Source: Candidatus Helarchaeota archaeon
Lineage (GTDB): Archaea; Asgardarchaeota; Lokiarchaeia; Helarchaeales; RDOG01
Direction of reading: 5' to 3'
Assembly (NCBI GenBank): GCA_019058315.1
Contig: JAHPZH010000003.1
Span: 300,451-364,450 of the forward strand
Length of the DNA stretch: 64,000 nt
The translations under genes and the position numbers were made by a program. Each line of letters starts with the position of its first letter. Position 1 is the stretch's first letter. Below, piece by piece: positions 58,561 through 64,000 of this stretch. Under the pieces are notes generated by a model. The model searched no databases and was not told the origin of the DNA. It saw only the letters and a program-made list of their open reading frames with translations.

Positions 58561-58704
58561 ATGTGTGACCAAAAATGTAATTGTACTCATCCTGAAATAT
58601 CAAAAGGAAATCCAGAGAATTGTACTTTAAACCAAATAATAAAATGTCATGGTGATCAACCATTTAAAGACATTTTAAAACACTTCGAAGAAAAAGAGGA
58701 ATGA
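58561..58704 (+). CDS. Small Cys/His-rich protein, 47 aa (not in the ORF track)
   Basis: Manual translation MCDQKCNCTHPEISKGNPENCTLNQIIKCHGDQPFKDILKHFEEKEE. Confidence 0.65.
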   Translation: MCDQKCNCTHPEISKGNPENCTLNQIIKCHGDQPFKDILKHFEEKEE

Positions 58705-58766
58705 TAGGAATTGAATCAACAATTAACCAAAAATCTATATTTTTTTTCTGAAAAAGAGGTGTTTTT

Positions 58767-59687
58767 TTGAGCGTTATTACCGTAAAAAATTTATCTAAAT
58801 ACTATAATAATTTTTGTGCAGTTGATAATATTAGTTTTGAGGTAAAGAAAGGAGAAATTTTTGGTTTTTTGGGTCCAAATGGAGCAGGAAAAACTACTAC
58901 AGTTCGAATATTATCAACTATTTTACGCCCAAGTTCAGGTAACATAGAAATTGGAAATTGGGATATTAAAAAAGATTCCTTTAAAATCAAACAAATGATT
59001 GGACTCGTGCCTGAAACAGCAAATGTATATCCCGATTTGACAGCAATACAAAATTTAAATTTAATGTGCGATCTATATGATGTTCCAAAAAGAGAAAGAA
59101 AAGAAAAAATCGAGAATATATTAAGACAATTTCAACTTTATGATAAAATCAACGTAAAGACTAAACAATTTTCTAAAGGATTGAAGCAGAGATTAATCTT
59201 ATGTATGGCTCTAATACATAACCCAGATATTCTCTTTCTAGATGAGCCTACAGCAGGTCTTGATGTGCAAAGTTCACGAGTTATAAAAAATCTAATAAAA
59301 GAGTATAATGAAAAAGGAATGACTATTTTTCTAACAACCCATAATATGGAAGTAGCTAGTGAATTATGTGATAGGATTGCGATCATCAATAAAGGAAAGA
59401 TAATTGCTCTAGATTCACCTCAAAATCTTAAAAAAATCTTCCAGCAAGCTCAAACAATCGAAATTACATTTAATGGCGGAATTGAACAAGCAAATTTAGA
59501 AAATTTATCAGAGATTAATAAAGTAATTAAAACAGTAGATAATTATCGTTTGTTTATTAAAAATCCTACAAATGCTTTCATCGAAATTATGGATTTTATC
59601 CAAAAAAATAACTTAAAACTAATTAAATTTAGTTTACAGACTCCAAAATTTGAGGATGTCTTTTTAAAAATTATTGAGGAGAGTTAA
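58767..59687 (+). CDS. ABC transporter ATP-binding protein (DrrA-like)
   Basis: GPNGAGKTT, FSKGLKQR, LFLDEPT and TTH motifs. Confidence 0.95.
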   Translation: MSVITVKNLSKYYNNFCAVDNISFEVKKGEIFGFLGPNGAGKTTTVRILSTILRPSSGNIEIGNWDIKKDSFKIKQMIGLVPETANVYPDLTAIQNLNLMCDLYDVPKRERKEKIENILRQFQLYDKINVKTKQFSKGLKQRLILCMALIHNPDILFLDEPTAGLDVQSSRVIKNLIKEYNEKGMTIFLTTHNMEVASELCDRIAIINKGKIIALDSPQNLKKIFQQAQTIEITFNGGIEQANLENLSEINKVIKTVDNYRLFIKNPTNAFIEIMDFIQKNNLKLIKFSLQTPKFEDVFLKIIEES

Positions 59688-59689
59688 AA

Positions 59690-60460
59690 ATGGATAATAT
59701 TAGTGATATGAAAAAAGGTTTAATTTTAAATCAATTAAGAAAATCTTTAGCTCTAGCTAGAAAAAATATTCAAATATATTATAATAAGGGACCTGTAGTA
59801 ATATTTGGGTTATTTCTCCCTTTATTGCTTTTCTTAGCATTTTCAATGAATCGAGTAATTGAACCAATGTACGTTATATCAGGATTATTAGCCATGATAA
59901 TTCTTTTAACAGCAAGTTCAGTAGGTCCAATTGTTATGCCATGGGAAACTATGCAGAAAACCTTAGAAAGAGTCTTGGCAAGCCCTATAAAACTTACTAC
60001 ACTACTTTTTGGAGATATTTGGGCATCGATGTTTTTTGGATCATTAATTTCAATATTCCCAATCGCAATTAGTATTTTCCTTGGTTTGACTCTGATATCA
60101 CCGATTGTTTTAATATTTGCTTTAATTTCAGGATGCTTTTGCTTTGCATGTTTTGGAATTATCTTATCGTCACCTCCAACAGATATGCCATCTAATGTCA
60201 TGGTTCTTTCCACGTTCATAAAATTCCCTTTGCTCTTTATTAGTCCACTTTTTATGCCTATTGAATCCGCTCCATGGACGGTTATTTCCCCTCTCGCATA
60301 TTTTGTAGATTTAATTAATTTTGCTTATTCAGGCAAGAGTTATTTTGGACCTTGGGGATTATTGATAGATTTTGGTATAATCATTCTTTGGACTTTGATT
60401 TTTCTTGCTGTGGGAATTTCAGTGCATAAAAAAACACTTCAAAAAAGATTTAGAGGTTGA
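59690..60460 (+). CDS. ABC-2 type permease
   Basis: Six TM segments, E....TLERVLASP, F.SPLFMP; 2 bp after the ATPase. Confidence 0.9.
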   Translation: MDNISDMKKGLILNQLRKSLALARKNIQIYYNKGPVVIFGLFLPLLLFLAFSMNRVIEPMYVISGLLAMIILLTASSVGPIVMPWETMQKTLERVLASPIKLTTLLFGDIWASMFFGSLISIFPIAISIFLGLTLISPIVLIFALISGCFCFACFGIILSSPPTDMPSNVMVLSTFIKFPLLFISPLFMPIESAPWTVISPLAYFVDLINFAYSGKSYFGPWGLLIDFGIIILWTLIFLAVGISVHKKTLQKRFRG

Positions 60461-60512
60461 TTAAACTTTAGAATAATTAAAAACTAAAAATATAAAGAAA
60501 AAATAATTAATT

Positions 60513-61112
60513 TCAACCTTTTTGTTTTTTAGGTGTAGAACTTACTTCTTTCCCCAAATTATATGCTTTTTTCATCAATTGTTTATTTTCTTTTATTTTT
60601 CCTGCACCTAATGCGCTCCCATAAACTTTTCCAACTATTTTAGCACCAACATAATTAAAACAATTTTCATATGTATGTAAAGCATTAACTGCACCTGAGG
60701 TATATGGGTCTGTATCACCATAGGTTAAAATAATAACAATTTTCTTGCCTTTAAATGCATGAGTATATGACCAACCTTCAACTTTAGTTAATGCATAACA
60801 TCGATCAATGAATATTTTCGTCTGGGCTGTAAAAGTAAACCAATAAATCCCACTTGCAATTACTATCACATCCGCTGAAATAAGAGAAGGATAAATTTTT
60901 TGCATATCATCTTTAATCACACAGCCCGATCCAGAATTAGTAATGCATTTATCGCATCCTGAACAAGGTTTTATATTCATTCCTTGAAGAAAAAATGTTT
61001 CTATTTCAGCACCTTTTTTTTCAGCACCTTCTATAAATGATTGTGCTAATGCCGTACTATTTCCATTTTTTCTAGGACTTCCAAGAATAACTACAATTCT
61101 TTTATTAACCAT
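60513..61112 (-). CDS. Iron-sulfur flavoprotein (Isf)/flavodoxin family
   Basis: GSPRKNGNS, PCSGCDKC...CVIKDDM and K.FIDR motifs. Confidence 0.9.
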   Translation of the reverse strand: MVNKRIVVILGSPRKNGNSTALAQSFIEGAEKKGAEIETFFLQGMNIKPCSGCDKCITNSGSGCVIKDDMQKIYPSLISADVIVIASGIYWFTFTAQTKIFIDRCYALTKVEGWSYTHAFKGKKIVIILTYGDTDPYTSGAVNALHTYENCFNYVGAKIVGKVYGSALGAGKIKENKQLMKKAYNLGKEVSSTPKKQKG

Positions 61113-61275
61113 TATAAAAACTCCTACTTTGACTTGAACTGTAATGTTAATTAATTTTTTTATTCAATTATATAATAATTTTAATAAGAACTGATAGCAG
61201 CTCATTTAAGAATGGTAAATAGATTATTATAATAGATTTTAATAAAAAATAAGAAATTATAGATTTTTTTATTCT

Positions 61276-62811
61276 TCACTTACTTTTCTTCATAATTACT
61301 GTTGATATAATTACAGCTGTAGCAACTGCAATACCTATTATTCCTATCCCTAATGGTGATAAAAGGTCTATAGAAAAATCTGAAACGGGTAAAATAATGA
61401 GGTTTATTGGTTGATCATTGTCGTCTGTTAGTGAAGCTGACTTCTTTGAATACATTATTTCATAGTCTGTTCCCCACGCACCATCAGTCCAATCCTCCCA
61501 GACTACATATAAGTTTCCATCACTATCGATTGCGATGTCAGGATAAATACTCCAATCATCATTCCAACCAGTTGTATCATCTGAGATGACTGTTGCATTA
61601 GACCAGTCGGCAGCGATGTAATGGGCATACATTATTTCATAATCAATTCCCCACTCACCATCAGTGTCATCACACCAGACTACATGCACGTTTCCATCAC
61701 TATCGATTACGATGTCAGGAGCAGCACTCCAACCATCATTCCAACCAGTTGCATCATCCGAGATGACTGTCGCATTGGACCAGCCGAAGACGGTGTAGTT
61801 AACATACATTATTTCATAATCAGATCCCCACTCACCATCAGTGTCATCTTGCCAGACCACATGCACGTTTCCATCTCCATCAATTGCGATGTCAGGATTT
61901 TTACTAACATCATCATTCCATCCAGTTGCATCATCTGAGATCACTGTTGCATTAGACCAACCGGCACCAGTATATTTGGTATACATAATTTCTGTATCTA
62001 TTCCCCATTCTCCATCAGTGGAATCCTCCCAGACTACATGTATGTTTCCAATGCCATCGAATGTAATACTAGGGTTAGAACTACTTTGATTATTCCATCC
62101 AGTTACATCATCCGAGATCACGGTTGCATTAGACCAACCAGCACCATTATAGTTAACATACATAATCTCGGTGTCAGTTCCCCATTCTCCATCAGTGGAA
62201 TCCTCCCAGACTACATGTACGTTTTTAAAATGATCGATTGCGATGCGAGGATACCAACTAGTATTATTATTCCACCCGGTTACATCATCCGAGATCACGG
62301 TTGCATTAGACCAACCAGCATCAGTTTGGTTAACATACATTATTTCCCAGTCTGTTCCCCATTCACCATCAGTAACATCTCGCCAGACCACATGCACATT
62401 TCCATCGGTATCGATTGCGATGCTTGGAAATTCACTGGCACCATCATTCCACCCAGTTAGATCATCCGAGATCACGGTTATATTGGACCAGCCAGCACCA
62501 GTGTGGTTTGCATACATTATTTCTGTATCAGCCCCCCATTCACCATCAGTATCATCCTGCCAGACTACATGCACATTTCCATCTCCATCAATTGCGATGT
62601 CAGGATTTTTACTAACATCATCATTCCATCCAGTTGTATCGTCCGAAATCACTATTGGTTTAGACCAACTTGCAGTTATTGTAAGCATATTATTGAGATT
62701 AGCTGCTTTATAAGATTGAACAATTAAAAGATACGAACTTTGTTGACCCACTGAAAAAATTAAGAAAAAAGAGAGCAATAAAAATGTAATTGATTTTTTT
62801 CTCAAGTACAA
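61276..62811 (-). CDS. Cell-surface seven-repeat beta-propeller-like glycoprotein (copy B)
   Basis: 511 aa like copy A, with the same MYLRKKSI start, 59-aa repeats and LLSPLG.GIIGIAVA anchor. Confidence 0.88.
   Translation of the reverse strand: MYLRKKSITFLLLSFFLIFSVGQQSSYLLIVQSYKAANLNNMLTITASWSKPIVISDDTTGWNDDVSKNPDIAIDGDGNVHVVWQDDTDGEWGADTEIMYANHTGAGWSNITVISDDLTGWNDGASEFPSIAIDTDGNVHVVWRDVTDGEWGTDWEIMYVNQTDAGWSNATVISDDVTGWNNNTSWYPRIAIDHFKNVHVVWEDSTDGEWGTDTEIMYVNYNGAGWSNATVISDDVTGWNNQSSSNPSITFDGIGNIHVVWEDSTDGEWGIDTEIMYTKYTGAGWSNATVISDDATGWNDDVSKNPDIAIDGDGNVHVVWQDDTDGEWGSDYEIMYVNYTVFGWSNATVISDDATGWNDGWSAAPDIVIDSDGNVHVVWCDDTDGEWGIDYEIMYAHYIAADWSNATVISDDTTGWNDDWSIYPDIAIDSDGNLYVVWEDWTDGAWGTDYEIMYSKKSASLTDDNDQPINLIILPVSDFSIDLLSPLGIGIIGIAVATAVIISTVIMKKSK
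61440..62667 (-). repeat. 177-bp coding tandem repeats, inverted relative to 48608..49830
   Basis: Reverse complement of the copy A repeat core. Confidence 0.9.
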
Positions 62812-62920
62812 AAACTCCTATTAATTATCTTATTGATTTTTATGATTTTATATTAAAAACTTTTTTTATTAAATGTAAAGAATGAATTGTTGTAAGAATA
62901 TGATTTATCCAAAAAATAGA

Positions 62921-64000
62921 TTATAGTATTTTTATATTATTTGTTACATTCTTATATTTATAGAATGATTCTGGCCACTTTATTGGAGATCTCTCTATAA
63001 ATTTAATAACTTTTGTCTCTATATTAGGAAAACCGATGAAGTAGGCGAGAGAATCAAGAAATAATTGAGTTGGACTAAAGAATCCATTTTTCATAGCAAA
63101 ATTTTTTGTAAATCCGTATTTCTTTGCTAATTTTTTAAGGATATCGTATGATCCAGAGCTGAATTGTATAGCTCTTTTTGGTTTTTTGATGATTTTTTCT
63201 GAAAGCCCGATTTCTTTCCCTATTTTTCTTAATATAAATTTACGAATTGGAGCTTTTATTTTATAAGAAGGTGGAATTTGCATGGAAAATTCAATAAATC
63301 TTCTATTTAAATACGGTAAACGTAGTTCTACTGTATTAACCATAGAGACAGCATCATCACGTTCGAGGTTAACTGTAGGTGAATTTACTATGTCTTCCCA
63401 TAGAGCTTTTTGAATATTATTGGGTTGTTCTTTAATTTTTATTTCGTGTCGTTCGTAACCACCAAAAATTTCATCTGCACCTTGTCCTGCAAATGCGACA
63501 TTATAACCCTTGGCTTTAAGATAATTAGAAGCAAGAAATAAAGGAAATCCAATATTAATTTTTTTCTCATCTGTGCTTTCTAGAGTATAAATCAATAAAG
63601 GAATTATTTTTTCTAAATCAGTAACATCAAATTTTTTAATTTCTAATGATAAATCTAACGAATTTGCAACCTCTTGTGCTGCAATTATGTCTTTAGACTT
63701 TTCATTTCCAATTACAAGTGAATTAAATTTTATTTTATTTCTTAGTAAAGCGGCGGCTAGAAGACTGCTATCTATACCTCCCGATAATAATAAATAAAAA
63801 GGAACTCTTGGTTTTATTTTCAAGAGGTTATCGTTGAGTAATTTTAATAAAATTTCACTATAATATCCAATTGAATTTTTTTCAATACCTCTTCGGTTAA
63901 ATTCTTCTTTAAAGATTGTTGAAAACCCTTTTTCTGTAATTCGGACTACAGACCCAGGAATAAGGGGTTGAATATTTTGTTTAAAACCAGCTATCCATAA
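62921..64000 (-). CDS. Asparagine synthetase-like (AsnB) protein, 5' end outside the window
   Basis: LLSGGIDSS, GQGADEIFGGY, NLERDD, ELRLPYL and RKFILR motifs; frame stays open from 63823 to 64000. Confidence 0.88.
   Translation of the reverse strand, partial: LWIAGFKQNIQPLIPGSVVRITEKGFSTIFKEEFNRRGIEKNSIGYYSEILLKLLNDNLLKIKPRVPFYLLLSGGIDSSLLAAALLRNKIKFNSLVIGNEKSKDIIAAQEVANSLDLSLEIKKFDVTDLEKIIPLLIYTLESTDEKKINIGFPLFLASNYLKAKGYNVAFAGQGADEIFGGYERHEIKIKEQPNNIQKALWEDIVNSPTVNLERDDAVSMVNTVELRLPYLNRRFIEFSMQIPPSYKIKAPIRKFILRKIGKEIGLSEKIIKKPKRAIQFSSGSYDILKKLAKKYGFTKNFAMKNGFFSPTQLFLDSLAYFIGFPNIETKVIKFIERSPIKWPESFYKYKNVTNNIKIL

Noticed and set aside
397-62727. Many short overlapping antisense or alternate-frame ORFs (e.g. 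2919..3269, 13937..14221, 16265..16603, 49009..49389, 59779..60219, 62243..62713)
   Set aside because: They lie inside well-supported genes and lack motifs. Those in the propeller genes reflect repeat periodicity.
2990-62811. Diversity-generating retroelement behind the variable repeats
   Set aside because: No reverse transcriptase ORF and no non-coding template repeat seen in the window, and differences are not obviously confined to adenines. A trans-acting element elsewhere cannot be excluded.
1-64000. tRNA, rRNA, IS elements, integrases or proviral genes
   Set aside because: No GC-rich structured RNA segment and no transposase, integrase or capsid motifs recognised by eye; a covariance-model scan was not run.

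Overview
AT-rich (roughly 30% GC by eye), gene-dense archaeal chromosome segment. It is most consistent with an Asgard archaeon of the Helarchaeales/Lokiarchaeia type: it carries a divergent, alkyl-CoM-reductase-like MCR together with longin-like, RING-like, WD40-PCI, C2-like and SDS22-like LRR proteins, and many genes have TTG/GTG starts with GAGG/GGTGA ribosome-binding sites. The key locus (7-20 kb) is a split MCR. mcrB-mcrG (+) converge on a CoA-disulfide/persulfide reductase-rhodanese-TusA-rhodanese fusion and mcrA (both -). GlcD/HdrD-like genes, a FixC/FixX-like pair and an SCP2-like lipid carrier lie nearby. By manual alignment, McrA keeps the Ni ligand but has lost two CoB-phosphate contacts and the CoM-contacting alpha-Tyr. 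A second theme is repeat proteins with a fixed DNA scaffold and hypervariable binding positions: tandem LRR genes and two inverted 511-aa surface beta-propeller genes that share exact 41-61 bp modules out of register. A divergent 7TM + longin gene pair occurs twice, within a mirror-symmetric arrangement of paralogues centred near 42-43 kb. Three small ORFs missing from the ORF track were found. No rRNA, tRNA, CRISPR array or transposase was recognised. All family calls come from motif reading only; no database searches were run.
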